A DNA stretch of 64,000 nt from Eledone cirrhosa (lineage: Eukaryota): NCBI GenBank assembly GCA_964016885.1, contig OZ024758.1, positions 22,878,001 through 22,942,000 of the forward strand, written 5' to 3'. Below, in pieces: positions 12,181 to 24,799 of this stretch; within the stretch, counting starts at the first letter, position 1; every line of letters starts with the position of its first letter. The notes beneath the pieces were generated by a model. That model searched no databases, was not told the origin of the DNA, and worked only from the letters and a program-made list of their open reading frames with translations. Position numbers and translations under genes: made by a program.

Positions 12181-12879
12181 TAATCACGATATTTAAGAAA
12201 CATGAAACATATATGTATATTTATATAAATAAATAAATAAATATAGAAGTGTTTAAATATTTCAATTTAAATTACGAACTGATTTTTTTTTTTTTTTTGA
12301 AAGTTTGGGGACAAAGAAGAGGGCGGGGAAAGAGAAACTGAAAGAAATTAAATGAACGGTGCGATGTATAAATGTGCTATTGTAAAGAAGAATAAACAAT
12401 TAAGAGATGGAATAATAAAGAAATAAAAATGATAATCTATTTAACGAGGGTAAGTTATACTAGGGACTATGCAAATGTGTGTGTATTCTGTTTTAAATAT
12501 CCCTAGATACACACACGTATCACACATACACTTTCTGGAAACATCACTACAACCTTACTGGTCAGACTGCTCCTATAGTAACACATACAGCTATCGTCGG
12601 GGGTCGGGATCATAGTAGAGAATTCACTTGATGGTTGGTGGTAGTACTGTCGGTTAGCAACTTGAAGAAAATACACGTGTGGATCTCCCTTTACAGGAGG
12701 TGACATATTGTGACGATTATAGTTAAGCTTGAATAAAAGTAAACACCCGCCAAATATGGTTGTGGAATGAAGTACTCGGTGTGATAAGGACACTTCCCAC
12801 TACTGAACAGTATTATACAGCTAGTTGTAAATGTCTAAACAGAACGTATAGAACCTTAAATAAACCAGCTGTACAACAC

Positions 12880-12990
12880 TGCACAGTAGAAGCTCCTCTC
12901 GTCTCCGCGGACACTCGAAGGATAGAGCGCATGCGTGTGAAATTGATTCCCTGCGAGATTCCGGTTACTTATCTGTATGGAAGCACATGT
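12880..12990. promoter_or_regulatory. Putative promoter region of the minus-strand gene
   Basis: Unique CpG-retaining sequence ~1.5 kb upstream of the ATG, with an NRF1-like GCGCATGCG at ~12926-12934. Confidence 0.35.
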
Positions 12991-13815
12991 GGATCACAAT
13001 TGAAATGATTTGAAAAACACTTTAAAATATCCAGTCTAAAGTATTGTCATTAAATTTGATTGGCAGTATCGGTAGGGAGTCGGACAACATGCTTTGTAGC
13101 ATAGAGTTACGGCCCTTTATGATCTGAGTTCAAATCCCGCCGAGGTTAAATTTACCTTTCATCCGTACGGGGTCGATAAAATAAAGTACCAGTAATGCAC
13201 TGGAGATTTGCTGGCCTTGTGCCAAAAGTAGAAACAATTAAATTTCTGCTGGTCTGAAGCGAAGCGATAGGTATAAGTATGGTTAGAAGTGAAATAACAC
13301 GACAAAATAAATGGTTTCGTTTAAATATAAAATTTACTTCACTTCAGTGAATAAAGGAACAAAGAATAAGATTACTACAAATCATAAAAGTTGATGTTTT
13401 TGTTGTTATTTCGTTAAATGTCACCTAGGGGTCAAGATGTAGACAAATTTCGCTTCAGGTCAATGACCTAGATTTTCTAAGTCTCTTCAAAACGTTATTG
13501 CTAAGGGAATGACTGAGTGGTTTCGTTTATTATTTATGATATAAATAATACTTTATGACGATTTTTACTTGATATCAGCCCCACACCGTGTTGTTTTATT
13601 ATTGTATTGTCTACAATGTCTTGGATACTTGAGGCCAATAAAAGAAATTAATGATGTTGTTATTATTGGCAGTATCGGTAGAGCGTCGGACACCATGCTT
13701 TGTGGCATACAGTTACAGCCCTTTACGTTCTGAGTTCAAATCCTGCCAAGGTTAACTTTGCCTTTCAGCCTTACGGGGTCGATAAAATAAAGTACCAGTA
13801 GCGCACTGGGGTCGA

Positions 13816-14956
13816 TTCATTCAATAAAACCACCATAAGCATCAATAACTACCTCTACACGGGGTCGAAATCGTTTGCAAGCTCGGCTTAAATGGTCCTC
13901 GTTCATATCGGACACGACTCAAATAATGGCGGCTTTCAAATAATCTTTTGTGCTATGGGGGTGTTCATTGACATTTTTCTCCATACATGCTCCATACATA
14001 GTAGTCCAGTGGATTGAGATCTGGAGAATTAGGAGGCCAAATGTTGGGGGTGATGTAATCATGAAAATTGTCAGCCATCCATTCTAGTGTCATTTGAGCC
14101 TTGTGTGATGGTGCAGAATCTTGATGAAAGACATAAGGCCTTCCATTGCATACACTGTTGATCCAAGGCTTAACAACTTTATCCAGAACCTCAATATATA
14201 CAGCAGCATTCACCCTAAGGTCTTGTGGAAAAAAGTGAGGAGGCATCACATGTCCTTCATTGCTAACAACACCCAAAACCATGACACTTGCAGGAAATTT
14301 TGTGTGCATCACTCTTGGAACCTCAGAAGGGTCTGCACATAGCCACCTGTCATTTCTACTGTTAGTTTTCTGGTCCTGGTCAAAGTTTTTCTCATCTGAG
14401 AAAAACCAAATCACACCATCTTCTGATGGATTTTTAAGTTTGTTTAAAAGTCTTCTGGATCAGATTAAACGCTTTTCTTTTGTTTTTTCTAACATGAATC
14501 GACCTCTCCTCATCATGTAAGATTTGTATCTGATGTCTTCATGCACAACATTTCTGATTGTTTTTTTCTGACACACCAAAATATTTTGCAATTGACCTCA
14601 TTGGTTTTCTTGGATTGTCATCAATGTTTTGCTTAACTTCCTGAATAAATTCAGGTGTCCTGATAGAATCAGAGCGTTTGGAATGTTTTTTTTTTACGTT
14701 TTGATACAGGTAATACGCTTCCATCTTTCTCTAACTCACACCGAATCTTGGGGACAAAAGATCTTGCAACTTTCAGAAAACGAGAAATCTTTAAATCCAA
14801 TGCTTAGCCTTCAAAGCTACAACCACAGCAGGCCTTTTCATTTCATTAGTAAGCATAGTTATTTTCATTGTTATTTTCTGAAATGGAAGCTCAATAAAAA
14901 TTAGTCAAATAAAATGACTAAAAATACAAGTGTCCTCAAATACCGTCGGCACCCTG
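13816..14956 (-). mobile_element. Decayed Tc1/mariner-superfamily transposon, DD37D (maT) type
   Basis: ORF 14414-13965 has FSDEKNF, HQDSAPSH and WPPNSPDLNPLDY, with 37 residues between the 2nd and 3rd Asp. An HTH fragment (PRKPMRSIAKYFGVSE) lies upstream in another frame. The 5' terminus is TA|CAGGGTGCCG at 14956; the 3' end is cut by a SINE at 13666-13815. Confidence 0.9.
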
Positions 14957-15347
14957 TATATATTCCTATTATTAAGGCTGAATAGTGAGTCTTGTGACTC
15001 TAGAACTCTGGAGTTTCGCCTGTTTATATATATATATTTTCAATATTTTTTTCTTTACTTGGGCCTCTTTTATTTCTCTTTCTCCATTGTGATCCTGCCT
15101 CTATTTTGTACTGCTGAAGAAGGGCGTAAGCCCGACACCTCAAACTTTCTTTCCTCCATATAAAGCGTGAAACTAATAAGACATTTTGTACCTTTGTTTG
15201 TTGTCTTCTTGAACTATATATATGAAGAGATTTAGAACCCTGACAGCTGAGCTCCGGTCGTTTCGACAGCTAGATTACCCACTCTACTACCCCAAGTATC
15301 GAGTACTCTGGTGGGTTATGGCCCACTTTGTATTTTACCACACTCTA

Positions 15348-15393
<46 letters not shown>

Positions 15394-15400
<7 letters not shown>

Positions 15401-15715
15401 ATCAAAAGATGGTTAAAGGAGTTCCATGTATTTTATTATGCGCATTTCAAAAACAAACATCATCATGCAATAATATTTGTGTTTTCATCAGATAAAACAG
15501 GAGGACATGATATGAAGGCTAAAAAACACTTGTGGATAGTGCAGTTTTAAATCAACATATCAAACTGCACTATCCACAAGTGTTTTTTAGCCTTCATATC
15601 ATGTCCTCCTGTTTTATCTGATGAAAACACAAATATTATTGCATGATGATGTTTGTTTTTGAAATGCGCATAATAAAATACATGGAACTCCTTTAACCAT
15701 CTTTTGATCTTATAT
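15394..15715. repeat. Inverted repeat, 154-bp arms, 14-bp spacer
   Basis: 15394-15547 is the reverse complement of 15562-15715. Flanked by or near (TA)n. Confidence 0.95.
15612..15678 (+). ncRNA. Type-I hammerhead ribozyme motif (mirror copy 15431-15497 minus; relative 39466-39532 minus)
   Basis: TTTTAT-CTGATGA-[AAACACAAATATTAT..ATGATGTTTGTTTTT]-GAAA-TGCGCA-TA-ATAAAA: stem I, full core, stem II, palindromic stem III. Confidence 0.85.
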
Positions 15716-15803
15716 ATTATGTATACTCCAGTCCTACAAACTGTAGAGTGCTTCTTATCCGATATCTGCATTGCTTTATTATACTACAATAAAACTCACC
15801 TCC

Positions 15804-15942
<139 letters not shown>

Positions 15943-16298
15943 CTTTACGTCTCAGTCATCCACCATCTTCTACTTCTAGTGAATTATTGATCCTGAAAAA
16001 AATGCAGGAAAGAATTTAACTTAAAAACCTTTATTGTATTTATTTGTCTGTGTCTAGAAAGAAACCAAATATTGAATCAGGGAAGCCATATTTAAATGTC
16101 TCGCTATATTATGTTAACAAGTCCAAGTTTCTGGGTTCAGTTTTTTTTTTTTTTTAACAAAGAAAGTTTAAACAGCTAAAAATATATCAAAAACAGAGTT
16201 AAATAGAGATGTGTTGTGTATGCCCTATATATTATACTGGTTATTCGGGTACAGGAAACAGAGCCCTGTCCTTAGTCACAGTATATTACACAAGATGT

Positions 16299-16652
16299 AG
16301 GCGGCGAACTGTCAGAGTCGTTAGAACGTCGGATACAATGCTTTAAGGTATTCGTTCCGACTCTCTACTCTCTGAGTTCAAATCCCGCCGAGTTCAACTT
16401 TGCCTTTCATCTTTTCGAGGTCGATAAAAAAAAGTACCAGTTTAGTACTGGTTCGATTCTTCCTCTATATCTCTTACTCACTTCTATCTTTCTCATTTTC
16501 TATCTTTCTCTGGAAGAAATCTGCTGTACTCTGGCCAGGAGAGGGATGGACCCCGTCAGGCTTTAAATGCCCAAGAAACGCCGTATGTCAATACGGCGCC
16601 CCTACGACTCTACCAGAAGTTGCGGGACCATACATACATACGTACATACATA
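16299..16652 (+). mobile_element. SINE with OK-like head and a different long tail ending in (CATA)n
   Basis: Head GGCGGCGAACTGTCAGAGTCG...GAGTTCAAATCC, tail GAAGAAATCTGCTG...CGCCGTATGTCAATACGGCG...CGGGACCATACATAC. Copies at 34422-34770(+), 47905-48265(-), 59299-59637(+), partial at 28950-29150. Confidence 0.8.
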
Positions 16653-17155
16653 CATGCACGCACGCGCGCGCGCGCGCGCACACACACACACACAAACACA
16701 CTACACTACATAACAGAAAACAACAATCTTGTAACTCCAATGAACGACAATAGGAAACGCAATGGGATATGACGGTATGAATTCTAAGTCTAAAGTCTGT
16801 CTTGAACCCGAAGGCTCATTTGGTCGGTGCTTATCCCGGTTTCATGGCGTCAAGCGACTGAGAGTACAAGACTTTCCCCTGGACAGGGCGCCAGTCCATC
16901 GCAGGGTTAAACCTCCAGCTATTGCTGGCATTCATTTTAAGCTGAGTATACTGAAACAACGTGAAATAAAGTGTTTTGCTGAAGAACACAACACACAACA
17001 TAGTTCAGGAATCGAACCCACGACATCTTAATCATAAGTCCGCCACACTTACAACTAGATCACGCGCTTCCTGTTATGAATGACAGCTTGCTCTTTCTTA
17101 TTGTCCATAAATGTTCATACTCATGATTAAACATCGATTGGAAAAGAATGAAATA

Positions 17156-17489
17156 CCGTATTTCACGGCGTCGAAGACGCTACTTTTTTCCTAAAATAAG
17201 TCAAAAAAAATCTACCATGCGTCCTGGAGGCTGAATGTTGTTTAAGAGGGTCGGATGCCATGCTTTGCGGCGTAGAGTTACGGCCCTTTACAATTTGAGT
17301 TCAAATCCCGCCGAGGTTAACTTTGCTTTTCATCCTTACGGGATCGATAAAATAAAGTACCAGCAATGCACTAAGATAATTGCTGGCCTTGTGCCAAAAG
17401 TAGAAATAATTTTTTTTTTTCTAATTTTTGGTTGTCAAAATTAGGGTGCGTTCTCGAGGACGAAGCGTCTTCGGCGCCGGGAAATACGG
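17156..17489. mobile_element. Tc1/pogo-type MITE with TA target site, containing a SINE
   Basis: TA|CCGTATTTCACGGCGTCGAAGACGCT...AGCGTCTTCGGCGCCGGGAAATACGG|TA. Second copy at ~50123-50389. Confidence 0.85.
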
Positions 17490-18544
17490 TATCTTATGAT
17501 ACAAATTACATTAAATAAGGTAGAATGAATTTCAACGAAATATTAAAAACTAAAAGACATGTGATTCTTTAAAGTACTTTACTTTTTGTTTAACTATTCC
17601 ACAACATTTTCACCAGATGAAGGATTATTTTTTCCATATATTTTGCGTGATAAATTTGCAAACAATTTAGACATGAGATATTCGGCTGAATGGATATAAT
17701 TTTAACGTTAAACTTTATTGTTATATGTTATACAGCAGTCGCGTGAAACAGGCGACCCGCGGGCCACAATCCGACCCAGCAGACAAGTCAGAGTGGCCTG
17801 TGATGACGAAATACGGTACGTAATTTCTAAATTCCTCTCGCCAATAACCCCTACATGGTTATACAGCAGTTCGTATTATGTCAGTGACATTGTATCATTT
17901 CCGTGTTCAAAGGTATTTAATTTACAAATGTCCTATCCTATTTAGTTGTGAGGTATCATTTCCGTGTTCAAAGGTATTTAATTTACAAATGTCCTATCCT
18001 ATTTAGTTGTGAGCAGTAATAGCAGTAATAGCAATATAATATTGATAAATGTTTCGTTAGCTTGTTGGCTAATTTCAATTCTTCCTCTGGATATTATATG
18101 TTCGTGAAAGATGAATTCTGTCAAACAGAATCTATCTTTAGCTGTGATTTATGATTGTATAAATTTCCAAGAAACTATCACTTAACTATTTTCCACTCGC
18201 CCTCCCCATCTCTCTGAATTGTGAGCAAATGGGGTCTCACGTGTTGGCCGCCCCACAACCCCGGCGGACAGAATGGAGAAGGGACAATTCACTATAAAAT
18301 GTAGCTTATACTTTGTATCAAGCACTCAGAATCAAGGCGATTAAATACCTTGGTCGTCTCTATGCAGTACTCCTAAATGATACCAAGAAGGGTTTTGAGA
18401 TAGAGACTAAACTGAAGTCGATTAAAACTCAGATTTGAACCCAGAATGTAAAGGGCCGTAGCTCTATTCTACGAAGCATGGTGTCTGGCGCTCTACTGAT
18501 ACTGCCAAATAAAATTATCAACCAAATCAGTCAACTTTAATCAC

Positions 18545-18665
18545 AAGTACATCACTGGCAGCTCGCCTAATCGAGGTAATTAGTGATGCTCGTGAAGGCG
18601 CTTGGCTATTCCAGCGCATTAGCCTCGCCATCACCGAGGTAACGCTGCGAGCGTGCTGGCTTGCT
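18545..18665 (+). mobile_element. Fragment of an RLE-type (CRE-like) non-LTR retrotransposon
   Basis: Reads ...REGAWLFQRISLAI then, after a frameshift, RGNAASVLA. This matches the C-terminal QR.S.A..RGNA motif after the restriction-like endonuclease. Confidence 0.65.
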
Positions 18666-19673
18666 TCGAAAATTATGAGAAAAAAGAAAATGAAAAGAGA
18701 GGCAGAAAGAATAAAAGAAAGGAGAAAAGACAGAGATATCGAAAGAGAGAAAGAAAAATAAAAAAAATAAAAATCCTAGTTGACGGCATTCGGAGAGAAC
18801 CACTCTCTGATCGATTGAAAAGATCCCAGACGTCATTCGCTTGCTGAGTGGGGTGAACCTCGTTAAACCAGACCAAGGAAGCAATGTTTCCATTGGTCTT
18901 TCAATTGCTGATACTATCTACCAATCGCAACTTCTGGCAACAAGGAGCAACGTGAAAATAAGTGTCATGTTCAAGGACACAACACATCACACGGTTCGAG
19001 AATTGAACTCGCAACCTCAAGATTGCGAATCCAATTTTCCAACCACTGAGCCACGTGCCTTCATAGCGAGAACCACGAGTGTGTCAGTCACCTGATGCGC
19101 ACTAATTATTCACAAACAGTAATAGCCTTTCTTTCTAACAATGCTATACACACAGTTTCAGCATTAATTCCAATTACAGAGAAAAATGCTTTGTAGAAAA
19201 AAAAAAAAAAAAAAAAAGGCAGTGAAAAGAATGGAGTCAGTTTACTGTTGTTATAGTCTGAACGATTTGTTAGAAGCAGACGATCGACTTAGACAGAAAT
19301 ATTTGCAGCAATCTACACGATACAGTATCGTAGATACCTTATCTACAACGATTGACTTGGCTATGTTGTAATGATTCAAATGAAATCAATATATAAACGT
19401 CTTGTTTTGTTTTATAATTTACATTAAATTGGATGCTTGGAGTCGGGTTTAAAAATTTTCGCTTCTCTAATTTCTTTACATCATTTAGACTGTATGTATA
19501 ATCATGTTTCTTTCTACACACGTTTAGTTTATGCTTATGTTTATATGTATGTGTATGTAAGCGCTCGTTGCTCTTTCTTTTTTTCTAAGTTCTCCAATGT
19601 TGTAAGAGATAGTCTGTTAGAAATAAGGTACTTATATATATATTATATATATATATTATATATATATATTATA

Positions 19674-19720
<47 letters not shown>

Positions 19721-19815
19721 TTTAGAGTTTATGTTGGTTGTATACCAACACCTCAGTATGCAGGCTGGAGCACTCGACGAAGTGCGCAGGTTGGTTTGGT
19801 TACTCCGGAGAAGTG

Positions 19816-20887
19816 TAAAATAAAGTTAAATAAAAGTCAAATGATTAAAATTTAGCTTCGTTTATTACTGCTATATATATTTCAGTGACAGCCATCTTTG
19901 GCTGTGACCTCTTCAGGCAGTTTGAATTAGTATGGTATAGACAAGTACATATGTTGTTTAGGTGTATAATATTGTCAATACTCTGATATGCCCAGTTCCT
20001 TGTTGGGTTGTTAATTCACTGGGGAACTGGAGTCATATGAATTCAAACAAACGAATTTTCGTGTCACAGGTCCCCTTCTCCTCTCATTGGTCAGTTATTA
20101 GAACATTCCTCATTCTAAGTGTTGTTATTGTTGGAGTTAGCTTAAAAATTGATAAAATGGTAGAAGGGACAAGGTATTAAAGGAACAAAATAACAAAAAA
20201 AGTGTCAAACTTCCCATTGTTCAGTTCTGAGAGCATTCCTCAGTCAGAAGTCTATAGAATTCTTTCTGGGGTGAGGCTCCCTGTAGTGTTTTTGCCTGCT
20301 ATTGTTCAGTACATTTACTTCTAAATTGTTAGCAGCAGCAATATATAAGCTGACCACTACAACAACAACAGTACCAAAATAATGGTGGAGGTCAAATGTA
20401 CTGAACAATAGCAGGCAAAAACACCACAGGGAGCCTCACCCCAGAAAGAATTCTATAGACTTCTGACTGAGGAATGCTCTCAGAACTGAACAATGGGAAA
20501 TTTGACACTTTTTTTGTTATTTTGTTCCTTTAACACCTTGTCCCTTCTACCATTTTATCAATTTTTAAGCTAACTCCAACAATAACAACACTTAGAATGA
20601 GGAATGTTCTAATAACTGACCAATGAGAGGAGAAGGGGACCTGTGACACGAAAATTCGTTTGTTTGAATTCATATGACTCCAGTTCCCCAGTGAATTAAC
20701 AACCCAACAAGGAACTGGGCATATCAGAGTATTGACAATATCATACACCTAAACAACATATGTACTTGTCTATACCATACTAATTCAAACTGCCTGAAGA
20801 GGTCACAGCCAAAGATGGCTGTCACTGAAATATATATAGCAGTAATAAACGAAGCTAAATTTTAATCATTTGACTTTTATTTAACTT

Positions 20888-20894
<7 letters not shown>
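19816..20894. repeat. Inverted repeat, 501-bp arms, 77-bp spacer
   Basis: 19816-20316 vs 20394-20894, with only about 4 mismatches seen. It explains the twin ORFs 19962(+) and 20748(-). Confidence 0.95.
20789..20843 (+). ncRNA. Type-I hammerhead ribozyme motif (mirror copy 19867-19921 minus)
   Basis: ACTGC-CTGAAGA-[GGTCACAGCCA AAGA TGGCTGTCACT]-GAAA-TATATA-TA-GCAGT, followed directly by AATAAA. Confidence 0.9.
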
Positions 20895-20954
<60 letters not shown>

Positions 20955-20961
<7 letters not shown>

Positions 20962-21175
20962 TCAGCGAGAATCGCATTTTGGCGGGTAGATATAAGCGAA
21001 ACGCAATTTCCGATTTGTGTTGGCAAGCGCTCCATGGACCAAAAGAGACCAGAGCAATAAACATATGTTATAAAGGCCATACAAACTGAAACGGCGGTTA
21101 AGAAGCGATCAACCACCTAAGCCCCCAAAAACGAAGCAAGCTAAACGGGTCAAACAAAATAAATGAATGAAATAT
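20955..21175. mobile_element. Unclassified dispersed repeat next to microsatellites
   Basis: TTCAGCGAGA...GGCAAGCGCTCCAT.GACCAAA...GACCAGAGCAATAAACATA...CAACCACCTAAGCC is shared with 25285-25495. Confidence 0.6.
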
Positions 21176-21440
21176 GTGAATATATATATATAGGAACGAG
21201 TAGGACCCCGACGGCTGAGCTCAAGCCGTTTCGACGGCTAATTCTGGACAGTACCTCTGTGGCTTTTCTGTGAGAAAAACCACAGACCCTCCATCTCAAC
21301 TTTACTTTAGAATTAGACGTCGAAACGGCTTGAGCTCAGCCGTCAGGGTCCTACTCGTTCCTATTACCCACTCTACTACCCTAAGTATTGAGTACTTTGG
21401 TGCGTTATGGTCCACCTGGTTCCTTACCACATTTTCTTCG

Positions 21441-21506
<66 letters not shown>

Positions 21507-21859
21507 GTGAGGTTTTTTTACAAAATGAAAAATAACCGAGGTGTCCTACACGAGGGAAAGTATAAAGAAAAAAAGATGAAATCGAAAATGCAACTGGAGT
21601 CTTATTTAAAAAAAATATATATATATTTATTTGGTTCCTTTACCGGTTTCGCAGTTCTGCTTTTCAAAAGTAAAGTTGAGATGGAGGGTCTGTGGTTTTT
21701 CTCACAGAAAAGCCACAGAGGTACTAGAAGAATTTATTGGCTTTAACATATGTCTCTCTGCTTTTTATAATAGTCTACATACTCTGACAACGATATATAT
21801 TGTTCAATATATATATATATATATATATATAATGTATAATAAACAATACAATATAATTA

Positions 21860-21929
21860 CCTCATTACCAGAGGTTTCCCGAATAAGACGAATACGAAAG
21901 AAACGTCCTCATTCGTTCGTCAGACGAGG
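21860..21929 (-). ncRNA. Type-I hammerhead ribozyme motif (second copy 24904-24973 minus)
   Basis: CCTCGT-CTGACGA-[ACGAATGAGGACG..CGTCTTATTCGG]-GAAA-CCTCTGG-TA-ATGAGG. Confidence 0.85.
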
Positions 21930-22014
21930 CAATATAAAACATAGTGAAATATTGTGAATATAAAACATAGTGAAATATTCCTGACTTTTTCAATTTTCAA
22001 CGGAAACTTCAATA

Positions 22015-22051
<37 letters not shown>

Positions 22052-22134
22052 GAGTTAGAAACTCAAAATAGTCTCTTACAATTAAATAGCTCCAAGAAAG
22101 AAATGTTTCTGAGCCGTGTAATATAATAGAATAT

Positions 22135-22230
22135 ACAAATATAAACATACATGTGTTCGAATTGTAAAAGACCAGGTTCACTAGTGAACCTGGTCTTTTA
22201 CAATTCGAACACATGTATGTTTATATTTGT
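22135..22230. repeat. Perfect 96-bp palindrome with no spacer
   Basis: Centred on TTCACT|AGTGAA at 22182/22183; arms match out to 22135 and 22230. Confidence 0.95.
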
Positions 22231-22251
22231 GTTTATCTCTCTTGTATATTC

Positions 22252-22326
<75 letters not shown>

Positions 22327-22523
22327 GATAAATCTACCAAGAGTTTACGGTAGTGTCCAATCCGTATGAAGAACTCAATGTAATCCGGATATCATGGAAA
22401 GAAGAGATGCAATGAAAAATCACTTTCGGTGAAAGATAAACGGAATACAGAGTCAAGATAAAATATTAAAAAAATAATGAATAAAACAATGAAACAGTTC
22501 CTTATATTAAACAAAAAAAGTTC

Positions 22524-22655
22524 ATTATTTAACGATCGTTTCTAGGATATATATGTGTTAGAATTGGCATGCATATTCAACAGATCTATGTACAAAATTA
22601 TACAAACTATCAAAATTAAATATACATACCAACACATATATATGCCGTCTTCAGA

Positions 22656-22661
<6 letters not shown>
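22524..22661 (-). ncRNA. Hammerhead ribozyme motif with very long stem II (second copy 40376-40507 minus)
   Basis: ATTATTT-CTGAAGA-[CGGCATATATATGTGTT...AACACATATATATCCTA]-GAAA-CGATCG-TT-AAATAAT. The host element spans ~22324-22661 and ~40185-40507. Confidence 0.75.
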
Positions 22662-22731
<70 letters not shown>

Positions 22732-22835
22732 ATGAGTTTTTTTTTACAAAATGAAAAAAAAAACGAGTGAAAGTATGAGGAAAAAGGATGAAATCGAAAA
22801 TGCAACTGGAGTCTTTTTAAGAATATTTATTTGGT

Positions 22836-22872
22836 TCCTTTACCGGTTTCGCAGTTCTGCTTTTCAAAAGAA
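22836..22872 (-). ncRNA. Minimal hammerhead motif with U3-A8 core (second copy 21636-21672 minus)
   Basis: TTCTT-TTGAAAA-GCAGAACTGC-GAAA-CCGG-TA-AAGGA. Confidence 0.65.
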
Positions 22873-22939
22873 GAGTTGAGATGGACGGTTTGTGGTTTTT
22901 CTAAAACTCCAGTTGCATTTTCGATTTCATCTTTTTTTC

Positions 22940-23001
<62 letters not shown>

Positions 23002-23109
23002 ATGAGTCAGAACCCGACGGCTGAGCTCTTGCCGTTTCAACAGCTAGTTCCATATTCTAGTTCCATATTCTATGGTCTAACTAGTTTTAAACTGGTTCTA
23101 TCCTGATTT

Positions 23110-23805
<696 letters not shown>

Positions 23806-24636
23806 GTTTATGTATTTGTTTTTGCAAGATTCTTGAACACGCACGCATACACACATACACAATAAACATACACAATACACATACACATACACACAAATGA
23901 ATGCACACGCATGTTACTTCCGATTATTAGCCATTTGTGTTGGTCGCTACAAAAGAAACGAGACGGATACGAGACCGGAGTGACTTCCTTTATCTGCTTT
24001 CAAAAAAGGTTTAGTTAATGTTAAACAACAACAGCAACAACAACAAACACACGCCTGGCAGAGTGAAAGGTTTTGCTGTTTTTAACATGGGAGGGTCTTT
24101 TTTTTTAAGGATGCTGTGAAGGTTACGTCAACATTAGAATGAAATATGTTTTACGATTGTTTCAGAAAATTGATTGATCAGGATAAATCGATAGAGTGAC
24201 TAATCGATAGTAGATTTATGACTCCATATTATTAGTGGCAGTATCGGTAGAGGACGCCATCCTTTCTAGCATAGTTACGTCCCTTTACAGTCTGAGTTCA
24301 AATCCCGCCGAGGTTAACTTTGCCTTTCATCCTTACGGGGTCGATAAAATAAAGTACCAGTAATGAACTGGGTAATTGCTGGCCTTGTGCCTAAAGTAGA
24401 AACAATTATGAGCATCTGCTTATTTCGTGAGAATATCTTGGTCATTGTATTGACATTTCAGCCCGCTTGGTCAGTCCCATGATGCTAGAGCTGTGAAATC
24501 TTGCACGCATTAATTTCAACTCTTCTTATTAATAACTGCATCGTTTCTTAAGAGCGACTGTGTTGAAAAATAAACCTCATTTGCTTATTTCATAAAGAGT
24601 ATCTTGGTCAGCCTTTGAACATTTCAGCCCACACTC

Positions 24637-24672
<36 letters not shown>

Positions 24673-24722
24673 CAAATTTATACGGGAACAAAACAGAGAG
24701 GCAGACAAATAAAGGTTTATTA

Positions 24723-24799
<77 letters not shown>

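Noticed and set aside
12503-12793. Minus-strand ORF containing VMFPESVCVI, reminiscent of NHE PESCLLI
   Set aside because: It lies upstream of the exon it should follow and has no convincing splice sites; probably chance.
19962-20748. Twin 72-aa ORFs on opposite strands
   Set aside because: A by-product of the 501-bp inverted repeat; no recognisable protein features.
19816-20894. Large palindromes as pure assembly or chimeric-read artefacts
   Set aside because: The arms differ at several positions, the spacers are unique, and unrelated palindromes share the same ribozyme-outward geometry. Read-level confirmation is still advisable.
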